This document shows, piece by piece, positions 37,868-49,905 of a stretch of 64,000 bases of DNA (the first letter of the stretch is position 1; every line of letters starts with the position of its first letter). The stretch comes from Phoronis australis. Lineage: Eukaryota > Animalia > Phoronida. Under the pieces are notes generated by a model that saw only the letters and a program-made list of their open reading frames with translations, was not told the origin of the DNA and searched no databases. The translations under genes were made by a program, and so were the position numbers. The stretch spans positions 1,236,218-1,300,217 of the forward strand of contig NMRA01000015.1 of the NCBI GenBank assembly GCA_002633005.1, written 5' to 3'.

Positions 37868-40663
37868 TTATGTAGAACTCTCTTCCAACTCTTGCCTCGT
37901 TATCAACCGCATGTAACCAAGAGCCAGAACAAGCCCAATGGAGGAAACTGCAAAACCAGTTGCGCAGACGATGAGCGCAATTTCAACTCCTTCGTTAATG
38001 TTTCGTACGCCATCTGCATTCTTGTGAATTGATTGAGACTTTCCCAATTTGAAAACGGCATGACCCATCATGTTTTCTGCCTCACACAAATACTCGTTAA
38101 CGCGAGGCAGCTGCATATTACGTGCGCTGACAGCGACTTTTCTTGAACTGTATGGATAGGAGGAATGACCGGAAACATTTAAGATTGATTTGGGCAAGTT
38201 TCGAATCTGAACTTTGGGCGCTGGGTCTCCGGAAAACACACACTCGACAGTAGCAACCTCGGCCTCCGTCATTATTGCTAATCTGGTAAAAACTGGTTTC
38301 TGGCAGGTTAGATTGAAAGAAGTGAAAGTCCGCATAGTTACAGTTGCAGGTGTGGAACAAACTCGATTGCTGTTTGGTAAAAACATCAGAGATCCGTTCC
38401 TTAGACATTCCTGAAGAGGCTGCAGAAAGCAGTTACAGTGGAGAGGGTTTCCCTGAAAGAAAAGTCTCATCGGTTGCGTTGACTTCGCGACGGCCATTTT
38501 CCGGAAACTATACATCGAAATCGATCGCAGTTTGTTGTATGATATATCAACTTGAGTAGCTTGCGGTAACGCGTTTTCGGCTATAGATTCGATTTGGTTA
38601 TGGGCGAGTTGAAGTGACCTAAGTTTCTTCATGTTGCCGAACAACTTGGCTTGAATGGTCATCAACCGGTTGTTTGTCAGTGACAAGTGCTTCAGATTCG
38701 GGAGGTTGTTGAAGGAATCGGGTTCTATTTGTTGAATCATATTGTGCCTCAGGTCGAGATAAAGAAGTGAACGCGAGGCGTTCTTGAACATTGCTAAATC
38801 AACGTAGTGCAATCGATTGCCGTACAAATTTAACACCTCCAAGTTAGGCAGCTTTTGAAAAGCAGCCTCTCCCACGTGTTCGATCAAGTTGGATGAAAAG
38901 AAGGCCAATTTAAGAGAATTAGACGTCAGCATATGTTGATCAAGAATTTTCAGTTTATTATCGGTTAAAGCCAATGACGTAAGGTTAGGTAGAGCTTTCA
39001 GAGTACCAGGCTCTATCAGGTGTATGCTGTTTTTGGATAGATCAATACTTTTGAGGTTTCCAAGTCCAAAAAACGTCGGTGCAGAAATGGTCGTTAGCAT
39101 ATTTGAGTCCAGGCAGAGAGCATGCGTCGTAGTTTGATGAGAAAACGCATGACTTTCTATCCGTCCAATTTTCATCCAGCTCAGGTTTATATCCAGACCT
39201 TGAATGTTTTCTAAAAATGTTCGACCAATAGTTACGCCTCTTCTTCCAAGGTAGTGGATATGAATCATCGGAGCGGAAATTGACTTTTGAAAGGTACTAT
39301 TGTCGTTTATTGTGTGTAGAAAGATCCTCAGAGTTGAGCTGACAAATATGGAGGGGAAGTCCTCTGGCATTCTCGCCTCAATACTTAAAACCTCTAAAGT
39401 TCGATTGAAAAATGGGTATCGTGGGACAAAAGACAAGATGTTGCCGCGAATTTCCAACACTTTTAAACTTTCTGGAAAATGAAACGTTTTTGTTAAATTG
39501 TTGTCAGAAATATCCAGCACTTCGAGATTCTTTATTTGTTGAAATGTATTGAAGTCCACGTATGATAAACCGTTATTGCTGACGATTAATTCTGTTAAAC
39601 TCGATAGTCCATTTAACATGCCTCTAGTCAAGTTGGTCATCTTATTTCCACTGAGATAAAGATGGTACAGAGATGAAAGGTTTTCGAAAATCCCTTCCGG
39701 TAACTCATAGATGTTGCTCGAGTATAAGGACAGTTTTTCAAGGTGAAGGACAGCCGCGAATGTTGATTCGGACAAAGAATTCAAAAAATTATTACGTTGC
39801 AGATGTAAAACGTTCAACTTGGCTACTGAACTCAAGGCAGAGTCATGTATTTTCGTCATGCCATTTCCTGCAATACTAAGCCTTTCCAAGACGCCAAGAC
39901 CCGCCAAACTGTCTTGTTGTAATTCGTCTATTCGATTCTCATCCAGTGCCAGGCTGACTAAAGAGTTGCACTTCAGGAATGGCGACTTTTGAAGCGATCG
40001 TATTTGGTTATTACTCAGTCTTAGTGAACGCAGGTTCGGTATATCGTGGCAGAAATCAGGCTGAATAGAAAGTAAACCATTATGAGACAGATCCAGCTCA
40101 ACAAGCTCCCTCAAGTCTTCAAACGTGCCCTGTTCGATGTGAGACACGTTATTAAAAGCTAGCGACAACCTACGAAGCTCCCTTAACCCTTTGAACTGGG
40201 CATGACGTAGACTTGTTAACTTGTTTGCCTCAACGTCGAGGTACTTTAAAGACGGCAGTGGGGAAAAGACATCCTCCGGAATGTAACTTATTTCGTTGTC
40301 TCCGAGATCCAGACTGAGTAAAGAAGTAAGACCTTCAAACGATCTTTCCGAGAGGTGCATGATGGCGTTTCTCTCTAGACGAAAAAATTGTAGATTGGTT
40401 AACTGCTCGAAGGATCCATCATCGAGAGTGGTCAAGTTGTTCATTGAAATAGTTAGGCTTACCGTATAGTCTCGAACGGGTAAGAATGCCCCTGCTTGAA
40501 TTTTCTGAATTCTACAGTTGTGCAGAACGATGAATCTTCTACCCCAATACTTTTCCATAAACTTTTCGGTCAACACAGGAATAGGCTTCTTGCATTGTGA
40601 TGAGACAACGCTCATTATCACGGCCATGCAGTTTAGCATTATAAGCAAACTGTTGAAATACAT
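37868..40663 (-). CDS. Single-exon LRR- and Ig-domain type I membrane protein (LRRIG class, ~26 LRRs)
   Basis: 931-aa ORF: signal peptide; LxxLxLxxN repeats in two blocks; LRRCT NPLHCNC...C..P..C; Ig VECVFSGDPAP...YLCEAENMMG; TM IALIVCATGFAVSSIGLVLALGYM; 13-aa tail. Confidence 0.93.
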   Translation of the reverse strand: MYFNSLLIMLNCMAVIMSVVSSQCKKPIPVLTEKFMEKYWGRRFIVLHNCRIQKIQAGAFLPVRDYTVSLTISMNNLTTLDDGSFEQLTNLQFFRLERNAIMHLSERSFEGLTSLLSLDLGDNEISYIPEDVFSPLPSLKYLDVEANKLTSLRHAQFKGLRELRRLSLAFNNVSHIEQGTFEDLRELVELDLSHNGLLSIQPDFCHDIPNLRSLRLSNNQIRSLQKSPFLKCNSLVSLALDENRIDELQQDSLAGLGVLERLSIAGNGMTKIHDSALSSVAKLNVLHLQRNNFLNSLSESTFAAVLHLEKLSLYSSNIYELPEGIFENLSSLYHLYLSGNKMTNLTRGMLNGLSSLTELIVSNNGLSYVDFNTFQQIKNLEVLDISDNNLTKTFHFPESLKVLEIRGNILSFVPRYPFFNRTLEVLSIEARMPEDFPSIFVSSTLRIFLHTINDNSTFQKSISAPMIHIHYLGRRGVTIGRTFLENIQGLDINLSWMKIGRIESHAFSHQTTTHALCLDSNMLTTISAPTFFGLGNLKSIDLSKNSIHLIEPGTLKALPNLTSLALTDNKLKILDQHMLTSNSLKLAFFSSNLIEHVGEAAFQKLPNLEVLNLYGNRLHYVDLAMFKNASRSLLYLDLRHNMIQQIEPDSFNNLPNLKHLSLTNNRLMTIQAKLFGNMKKLRSLQLAHNQIESIAENALPQATQVDISYNKLRSISMYSFRKMAVAKSTQPMRLFFQGNPLHCNCFLQPLQECLRNGSLMFLPNSNRVCSTPATVTMRTFTSFNLTCQKPVFTRLAIMTEAEVATVECVFSGDPAPKVQIRNLPKSILNVSGHSSYPYSSRKVAVSARNMQLPRVNEYLCEAENMMGHAVFKLGKSQSIHKNADGVRNINEGVEIALIVCATGFAVSSIGLVLALGYMRLITRQELEESST

Positions 40664-41163
40664 CGTGAGATGTAATACAAAGTACGCATTCCACGCGATG
40701 CTACTGTGTGAGCGATTTCCTGTGGTTGGTAAGCGTTATATACCTTTAATTACATAGGGGAAGGAAACAACACAGTGACTCGTGAGCCGCTGTGATTAGA
40801 TTTCGACGTCAGCTGACACTCCAATTGGAAAAGCACTTTTTAGGCACACAATTACCCGATATTTACCGCGATAACGAAGAGTACATATGCATAAATACAC
40901 GAACACAAAATAATGTAGGCATTCAATCCTTGGTCTTCGCGGATCGGAACGTACCTTTGTCTACTCAGGGGAAAGAAACAATACAATGACTCGGTTCGTG
41001 AACACTCTGATTAGACCACGACATCTGGCAACAGCTGCATAAATGCGAAATCAATGAAAACTCGGTAAAGTTCCTAAGCCACCTTTGTCGATCAACAATG
41101 TAATCGTGCCGACAAGACGAGCGCCATACGAGAATTAATGATATCGATCGCTTGGTCCAATAT

Positions 41164-42562
41164 CACGGGTGAGAAACAACATGACCGCCGGTCCTCTAAA
41201 CAGGACCTCCGGGGATCAAATGGGACCGCCGCACCAGAAAATGGGACTGACGCACCCAAAAACATGACCGCCCCACCACAAAACAGGACCGCCGGGGACT
41301 GAGTAGTTAAGGCCTTTGTGTGATACTGCGGGTTATGACGTAACCGGTCAGATAGCTGTGTAAAGACTATCGCCAAAATAAAGCTTGACAGCCTTGCGTT
41401 ATTGAGCTCCGTTACATCCCCGACATTGCCCACAGCCCGGGTAGTTCTGCTCGTCACCTCGTCGTGGAACTTACATCAACATGTAGTAGAGCGCGCGACC
41501 GATGCAGGCGCATGCAAAATCTAGGCGTCAACCAACACTCACCTTGCAGTTTGCAACCGCTTGAGTGAAAAACAATCTAATGAACTGTTGTAATAATAAG
41601 TGACATGTGCACGCGCCATTTCCTCAGAAAAATTTTGAGACATCTTTCGAAAGATGATGACAACTTGGCGGCAACAAGGTTTGTTATGAAATTCGGTTTG
41701 CTGGTATTAAAGTACTGAAAACTTATAACGAAATGAAACCAGTTTCGATAATTTGTTGTGCCAGGTACGCAACCTTGTAGAAGGACAGTTGACTGAAGAA
41801 TCGGGGGAAAAGGAACCGGCCAATGTAAGCCGACTTAAGAGAACGCAGAATAACGACAGAACGACAATTTCTCTCGAGCGCCGATGAAATAATTTAGTTT
41901 ACTCAAGGAAGAGTGTCGTTAAAAAAAATTCGCCGGGTAAAGATTTTACATGTTCAGTTTTTTACCCACATCGGCGCAAAGCTGTACATTTAATGTACAG
42001 CTTTGCCGCACAAAGGCAGCTAGTATGATGATGCTTCACCCGAGAACCAGAACGTCCGTTTTTTTACTTGACTAACTTTAAACGTCAAATTGGAGAAAAT
42101 GATTTTCATTTTGTTCTAAAACTTATGCAGTGGATAAAATTATAATTATTTAGCTCAAAAGCGTACAACGAGGTTGTTTTGTGTTAGATTTATTAAATGT
42201 TGACCTTTCAACTGTTTATAAGTCACATACCGCAGCCGGGAGCCTGGTGATGAGTAAAACTCAAAAGCGCCGCGTATTACAAAGCGAAGTGTCCTTTGTT
42301 GCTCACAAAAGATTTCGGTGGATTAATCGGCACAAGACCTGCATATGCATACGTATATAGCCCCATTGTATGATCTGTGTAGGCCTAACGGTAATAAATC
42401 TTAGCCTGTTAGTTATTGCGGTTTTAGTCCCCGGCGGTCCTGTTTTGTGGTGGGGCGGTCATGTTTTTGGGTGCGTCAGTCCCATTTTCTGGTGCGGCGG
42501 TCCCATTTGATCCCCGGAGGTCCTGTTTAGAGGACCGGCGGTCATGTTGTTTCTCACCCGTG
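41164..42562. mobile_element. Young non-autonomous DNA transposon with CAC...GTG ends, ~135-bp apparently perfect TIRs and 5-bp TSD (Transib/CMC-like)
   Basis: CACGGGTGAGAAACAACATGACCGCC... inverted at both ends; AATAT on both flanks; TIR built of 20-22-bp subrepeats. Confidence 0.85.
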
Positions 42563-44036
42563 AATATGGGCCAGAAACTACTTCCTGTGTTAGAATGATG
42601 ACTTCATTACAATACAGGCCAGATTCCGATAAGGTCGGAGCAGCACATGGCGACAACTACCCTTTGGAAGTAGATGAACCAGCCCTAAACAATCAGACAG
42701 AACTTTGTATTGGACTATAAAGTAAAACATTGACCAAATGTTAAACACAAACTGTTCACAGGCACAAAATTTCAAGTGAGTTAAGATGCCTATTGGCGTC
42801 ACAGTTTCACTTACTGAAACAATGGACAATAGTCAGGTGGAAATCTCTTTGTTGTGGCTGTCTTATCAACAGCAGAGCAATTGTGGTAAATCTGTTGTTG
42901 ACCTGTACCTATAGTACTTTCCACACTCAAAAGTTTCTTAAACCACCGTGACAGAAATCTAAGTAAGGGGCAAATTGAGACCAGTTTTAAAATGTTGTAT
43001 TTTTCCATAAGGCAAGACAGCACTCGATTTGGCGACCAATGTGACCTCAGATTATGTTTGGAGACCTGAGAAACATCTCAAGTATTAATGTCAGACATTA
43101 ATTCCCCTAAATTTATTTCAAAGTTCGTGTTGACTTTCAAACTTTAAATTACTAACAGGTTTCCTAGATTTTCACAATTATTCCGTTTATTTTGTGAAAT
43201 CAGTGCATTTGCCACCACAGCAGTCAGCACATGACAAACGCGCTTAAATTGGCGAGCCCTAGTGGATTTTGAAGAATTAACCTTATCGTAAAAATTATAA
43301 AAACGTTTAGGTAAATACAACTATGATCAATAAATCTAAAACGATACCAACACCAGTGAGAAAATAAAATAAAAAGGACATCATTTTTGCACTGTAAACA
43401 AATTGCCCGTTCAGTGAATAATAAAACTTATAAAGACATTTTAAAAGTGAGCGAAAGACGCACTGAAATAAGAAGGGTTTCATCAAAACTTACGATGGTC
43501 CGAACTGGGTTATTGCTGATAAATTTCTTAAAGTTGTGTTAAGTTTGTTAGTCTTCCGACGTCCAGAATTTAGGGACAATTAGACACGAGTTGGCACTAT
43601 AAGTAAAATCTCGCCAATTTAGGACACTATACGGTGGAGAAGTGGTTTTTTTTTGGTTTTTATGAAAGAGAAACCGCACCAACTAAATATTTTAAGTTCT
43701 ATACGATAACCACCATCAGACAATGTTTTAGAATTTGTGGTCACTGACAACAATTTTAGAAATACTTTAATTTAAAAGAATCAATTTTGACAGTTATTTT
43801 TGTCCAAAGCTGGTGAGAATTCATCGTTTTTCTCGCTCGATATCTGTACGTTTACACATTTCTAAAATCATCAATGAAAATAAAATACCCTCTTCAGTTT
43901 TAGATAAGATAAATACCCACGCAGCTCCTGGCCTTCGAGGCATTACAAGAACAACAGTTTAGATACTTACCCTTTACCAATGATCTAGCTGCTTCTGCAT
44001 GTACCAATTTGTCCGACTAGACAAACACATTACATT

Positions 44037-44115
44037 TGTATGCACACATACATACACACACATGCACGCGCACCAACATACACGAGCACAGGCACACACG
44101 AACACACGTACAAAT
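44037..44115. repeat. Imperfect (CA)n microsatellite
   Basis: cacacatacatacacacacatgcacgcgcac... Confidence 0.8.
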
Positions 44116-45132
44116 GCACTTTTCACTTACACACTGACGATTTCTTCATCAGGTTGTATTCTTTACAGTGTTTATACATAGCATCACTTGATCTTTACTT
44201 AAGTGTCTGGAAATTACCGATGAGTTACGGATGGACGGCGTTATCTACATTGTGACTTTACGCGACAAACTGGCAATTTCCGTTCCGTCCTTGACCTCGA
44301 ACCGTCAAAGTGCGAGGTGTGTTTGGGCTTTTTGGGAACATTTTTCTACTTTGACTGCGAATTTCTTGCGCACTCGCTGGAGCAGGACACCGTGAATTGT
44401 ATTATAAGAAAGAACAATTGCTCATGGTTTGTTGAACCCGTTTTGTGTAAATTTATTGAATTATGTGTTTGATGTGAACGGCTGAATCGAAGCACCCGTG
44501 GAATTTCTAGTCCCGAGTGTCGTATTTTGTAGTATTATATGTAGTGTATTGGGGACGCGATCAGAAGCTGAGGACGCCTGTGTTACTAAGCCTGCCTGAA
44601 GGGTTGACAATTTTTTTTGTATTAATTTCAAGGGCATGGAGTCTTCTACTTGCCCTTGTTATTATTTTGTCCAGTTTTCTCGTGGGGGCAGCTTCGCTAT
44701 AAGGGTATAACTTACTGCTGGTTTTTAACAAGCATGAAAAGTACCTCCACGGAAACAGTTCCAGTGTTACCATGGTAATCGATGTTTTAGTGTTGATGCC
44801 GTTTTTGCTTACATTGGTCATGGACCTATCATGTGATATCAAAATTATTCAGAAAAGATTCTGTTTGAAGCAGAAACTGCAGTAGAAAATGTAGTCAAAA
44901 ATGACTCATTCCGCATCAAGAAATTGCCTCATTTTGCCCCCCAGAAGACTTTCCTAGTACCTCCTAAACCACCGAACTCTGAGATGTCATACTTCACCCC
45001 ACCCAATTTCTCTCATCCCTAATGTGATTTACTAGACTGAGCATGGTTCTGAATGGCTGAACCCCACCTTGCCGCTTGTTGGCTGTACTGTGGTCGGTGG
45101 ATCCGTGGACTGATACTTAATTAATGTATGCT

Positions 45133-45370
45133 NNNNNNNNNNNNNNNNNNNNNNNNNNNNNNNNNNNNNNNNNNNNNNNNNNNNNNNNNNNNNNNNNNNN
45201 NNNNNNNNNNNNNNNNNNNNNNNNNNNNNNNNNNNNNNNNNNNNNNNNNNNNNNNNNNNNCCCTCCCTCTCTCTGTTTCTCTCTCTCTCTCTGTCCCTCC
45301 TTCCGCCCCTCTTTCTCTCCCTCCCTACCGCTCTCCCCCTCCCTCTCTCCCTCCCCCTTTTCCTCTTTCT
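45133..45370. other. Assembly gap (N) followed by a CT-rich simple repeat
   Basis: 128 Ns then ccctccctctctct... Confidence 0.95.
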
Positions 45371-46046
45371 TTGTGTTGTGAAGTTAATTCCCATGTGTGT
45401 GGAGCCGCAGTAGAGTAACTTCACACGTAAATAGCGCAATCGGTGTGAAATGCTCTATGTTCATCGAGTGTTTTGACAACAAGATAAAATAATCTTTTGT
45501 TTTCTTTTGATATGCAAAGCTTAAAAACAAAATGAAAGAGATTTCTATGTTTTACAGGGAGTGACACGCCTCCACCGACGTTAGATCCGATATCTACCAA
45601 AATATGGGACATTTACGGAATGGACAATCCTATGTTCAAGGTTGACGAAACAAAGTTGGAAAAGTGAGTGAAAATATAGGATTTTAACAATTATCTAGTG
45701 CACGACATGTTATATTTATCGTTTTGTCAACTACTAACCAAGTGACCAATCAGAAGCAGTAAAAAAAAACGTTTCTCAAAATTTGCTTTACACTTACAGC
45801 CAAAAACCATAGTTGGTTCTGATCTATATCCCGACTCATTTTCAGACCTGTGATCACTGGCTAAAAAAATCTCCTTTCTGCATCACAAAGACATGCAAGC
45901 AACGACTGAAACGTTTTATAAGTGAAAGGTAATAGTCTCTTATAGGGGTCTCGCATTTTTGAGAACCAGTTTTCTCCAACTTAATAACAGACATCAAACT
46001 TGTTCTCAATGTCTGGGCCTCTCTGTGACTATTGCTCATTTAAAAA

Positions 46047-47681
46047 TTTTTATGCGCCAACATACCTATATGTGGGTGCATGTTGCCGTCCTATCTGTTT
46101 GGGCGTCCGCTGCAGTATCTCCTAAGCACCTTGTAGGATCTTATTGAAATTTGGCAGGTGTGTTCCTATGTGGCTGACGACAGATGACGAGTTTTGGACC
46201 GACCCGAATACTGCTGTGCACCCTAGTGGCAATTTTAGTCCTTTACGTTGTGCCACTGAATCTTCGAAGTTGCTTCACGCATTTCCATGATATTTGACAA
46301 ATAGGTTTTTAACATAAAGGCGACGATGCCATTTTATTTTCGGACGGATTCGACGAATTTTACGCCACCTTGTGGAGATTTTTGTTATGTTTGTATCCGT
46401 TTTCTAGCCTTCGCCTCTCTATCTGTCATTGATACCGCTCAAAGGATCATTATAAGAATTTTCAGATGTGTTGCTTAGGAGAAGGCGACGACTGAAGTTG
46501 ACTTTTGGACGCTTTTTGCGTATGCGACCGATTCTCCTTAACCCTTTGAAGGAGCTTTGTGAAATTTGAAAGATGCATTCCTGAAGAGCCGTCGAAAAAC
46601 GGTAGCGAGTGTGGAACTGATTAAGATACCACTGTGCTCCCTAGTGGCAAAATGTTTTTTTTACGTTTGCCTCTGTATCTTTTTTTAGAAATGTATTTTC
46701 ATGAAATTAAGCAAATATTAGGTTTCTATTAAGGAGACGACAATGCCTTCCCATTATCGGACAGATTTTGATATTTTCTGCGCCGCCTGGTGGTCATTGT
46801 TTTATGTCTGCGTCCGTTTTCTGGCGTCCGCTTCCCTATTGATGAGATAGATGATAAAGCAATGACTGAAGTTGACTACTGTGTCGTCCCCTATTGGAGA
46901 TTTTGTTTGTTGCGTCTGCAGCCGCCACTCCTTAACCATTTAAAGGAGCTTTGTGAGATTTGAAAGATGTGTTTCTATGGAGACGTCGACAAACAGTAAC
47001 GAGTGTCGAACTGATTCAAATACCACTGTGCCCCCTACCTCTAGCAGCAAAATGTTTTTACGTTTACCTCTATATCTCCGGAGTTCATGAATGTATTTTC
47101 ATGAAATTCGACAAAAAGGTTTGTATTAAGGAGACGACAACGCCTTCTCACTTTCAGATTTGATGTTTTCTGTGCTATTTGATGGCCTCTCTAGCTGCCA
47201 AACCGATCAACGGACGATTATAAAAATTAGCAGTTGTGTTCCTGATGCGAACACCATGTCTGATGTTTATTTTCAAATGTTTTTGACAATTCCGGGGCCT
47301 TTTAGGAGCAAATTTGCTTGTTTGCAGCTACGGCTGTATCTCCTTAACCCTTTGAATGATCCTTGCAAAATTTGGCTGGTGGGCTTGTATAGAGATGGCA
47401 ACTGATAACGATGAGTTTTAAAGCAATCGGACTATAGCTGTGGCCCCTAGTTTCAATTGCTTTTTACGTTCGCCTCTATATCTTAGGAGTTCCTTGGCTT
47501 ATTTTCATGAAATTTGGCAACTAGTTGTGTCTTCCAGAAGCAACACCATCTTCTCAAATCTGATGGGTTTGACGCATTCTGCGCCATCTATTGGCTATTG
47601 TTATGACACTAAAACACCCAGAGAAGCACACCGTTTGCGGTGCTATCATTGGCGCACTTCAACGCTCCGTGCTGCTCTTGT
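46047..47681 (+). mobile_element. Helentron/DINE-1-like element, diverged full-length copy of 4430-5997 in opposite orientation
   Basis: 5' tttttatgcgccaacatacctatatgtgggtgcat; 3' ggcgcacttcaacgctccgtgctgctcttgt matches the reverse complement of 4430-4462; internal monomers with ccctagtggca. Confidence 0.75.
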
Positions 47682-49174
47682 GCGTTATTTGGTCATGCGT
47701 CCTTAGTGAAAATTACTGAAGCGGAGAATACTTGGCAGAAGGACTGCGTGATTACGTCAATTAAAGGGACACATAGCATTTCATTTTACGGAAAATATCA
47801 GCTAAAACTAATTTGGATTTTTTAAAGTTTTCAGGTTGCGGAAAACTAGCTAGAGCTTCCATCTTATACATATTAATTTTGTTGATAAGTCAACGAAAAA
47901 GCACACTTATTTTGAGAGATAAAACTCATTATTTCCCATGTTTGTGCTTCCACATAATTGTTAGTTGTGGGCTCCTGAATATTTAGAGAGTACATTGTGA
48001 TAATCAAGTAAAATGATTAATTGAAGATGTGGGTTGTGTTTTCAACACAAATTTTTTATTGATAAAGCGATGAAGTTAATTAATCGCACGGGTAAAGATA
48101 GGGCTGGTGGAGCATCGGGACGTGCTAACATATACCACTGAGAGAACACCAGGTCGGGGCAACATAGGGCCGGGTGAACGTCTGGACGAGGGAACAGTGA
48201 TTCCGCGTGATATAGGCTCGGGAAACATTCGCTGGGATTAGCGGGGCGGAGGAATAGGACTATGATACAAGGGTCATGGAATAGGACTGTGATACAAGGG
48301 TCATGGAATACGGTTTCGCAACCACACTGGGTATCAGAAAAGATGACAATAAGACAGATACTGTGAAGAGTTGTGACAGTTTCTGGGTAATCTTAACTAA
48401 TTTTCGATGTACTTACAAAACCGTAATGACACTCACCAATTTCTGTTGAAATATACAATGACTGTCTGACATACTTATAAACCACAAGTCGTTGAGGAGG
48501 GTCAAGCTGAAGCACCGGCAGACCAAAGGGTTGAATATATTGAAGCAGGATTTGTTGTGCTAAACACAAGGATGTCTGTGGTCATAATCTAAAATCAAGA
48601 TTAATTTACAGCAAATAGGTTCTTGAACACAAAGAACAGCCCTTCGTGAAAAAGACTTAGTAAGGGGTTTTCGACCCTTTTTGGTGCTATGTCATTTCTG
48701 ATAAAAAAAATGTTAACACCGGCCAGGCGGCCTCCTCGTTAGTTAGGAGAAAAATTCACGTTGTTCAAATTTGTTGGCTGCGATGTCTGGAAACGTGAAA
48801 GTATTCACTCTTCAGCTGAAACTCTGCTCGCTGTCACAAAATATATTCGGTTGCTCGAGACGCGTTGCCTCTCCCCGCTGTCGTCCATAAACTCGTCCCA
48901 AGCTTGCCGATTTAGCAGATTTCGTAAGAAACTGTCGAACTTGAAACAAACTTTTCAGGATTGGCGAAGGTCTAGGTAGAATTGTTTTGTTTCAAACACT
49001 TGAGTGGGTGTTAGCTCAGCGTTCATTTAATATCCGTTAATAGTCGAATCCGGGTTTAGTACCTTTTATGGTATCAGCAAAATCTCCCACATGTATGATA
49101 TTGCTTTCAAAACATAGATTTTGAATCTTGTTATTTTGTGACTATCACGTATCTGCATCATATGTTTATTTTAG

Positions 49175-49577
49175 GTCACTGTCTCAACAGTCTCTAATCA
49201 TATGTGATACAGCTTCTCTCAGCACAAGTTATCAACACGAGGACAACAGTGTTAGTTCCTGTTCACCTCAACAGGTGTCAGCTCAACCCCTCTTCCCAAT
49301 CTATCCAACAGAGAGAACAAGATCTGCCATGGTAAATATTTTTGAACCACCCAAGAAACTTTCTCACAGAAAACCTACAGCCTTAATCAACGACAGACCA
49401 TCACAAGCAAAACAAGAAAAACGGACCAAAAAACTTGAGGTTGAAATACTGGAGCTCAAAAAAAGAAAACTCAGTTTAGAAGTGGACATACTGGAACTCC
49501 AAAAACAGAAAATGGAGCTTGATATAGACAGCATAAAGCAGACAAAGACTAACACAGTTGTCAATGGAAGCATTTGA
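49175..49577 (+). CDS. Probable terminal coding exon of the Myb/SANT-like gene (C-terminal coiled coil)
   Basis: tttattttag acceptor; heptads LEVEILELKKRKLSLEVDILELQKQKMELDI are typical of MSANTD C-termini; starts in phase 2, so an intermediate exon is required and was not found. Confidence 0.6.
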
Positions 49578-49905
49578 GGACGGTCTGCGATCATTTAAGA
49601 AAATTTGGTTACATGAAGCGTTACCATAGTGTTACATGATGACCTTTTAAAGATAAGTTGAAAATTACCTACATCGAGACCGAGAAAATCGGTCAGTGCA
49701 GAATCATTCAAAACACTTTAAAATCCGGTAAATATGTGTGTATGTATATATGTATGCATGTATGTATGTAATGTATATTATTAGAAAACACTAGCTTTCG
49801 AACCTTAATGGGCGTGGCTCTTTATCAGTGTGAAAAAAGTCTTTCGCGCCACTTGTTTTTACATCTCATGAAAAGCCACACCCATTCAGGTTCGAAAGCT
49901 AGCGC

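Noticed and set aside
37868-42562. VLR/RAG-like somatic diversification system (LRR gene beside a Transib-like element)
   Set aside because: The LRR ORF is complete, with no flanking LRR cassettes, no RSS heptamer-nonamer pairs and no recombinase ORF; adjacency is best explained by random insertion
48489-48592. Plus-strand VEEGQAEAPADQR as the missing Myb/SANT middle exon
   Set aside because: Weak acceptor and no phase-2 GT donor
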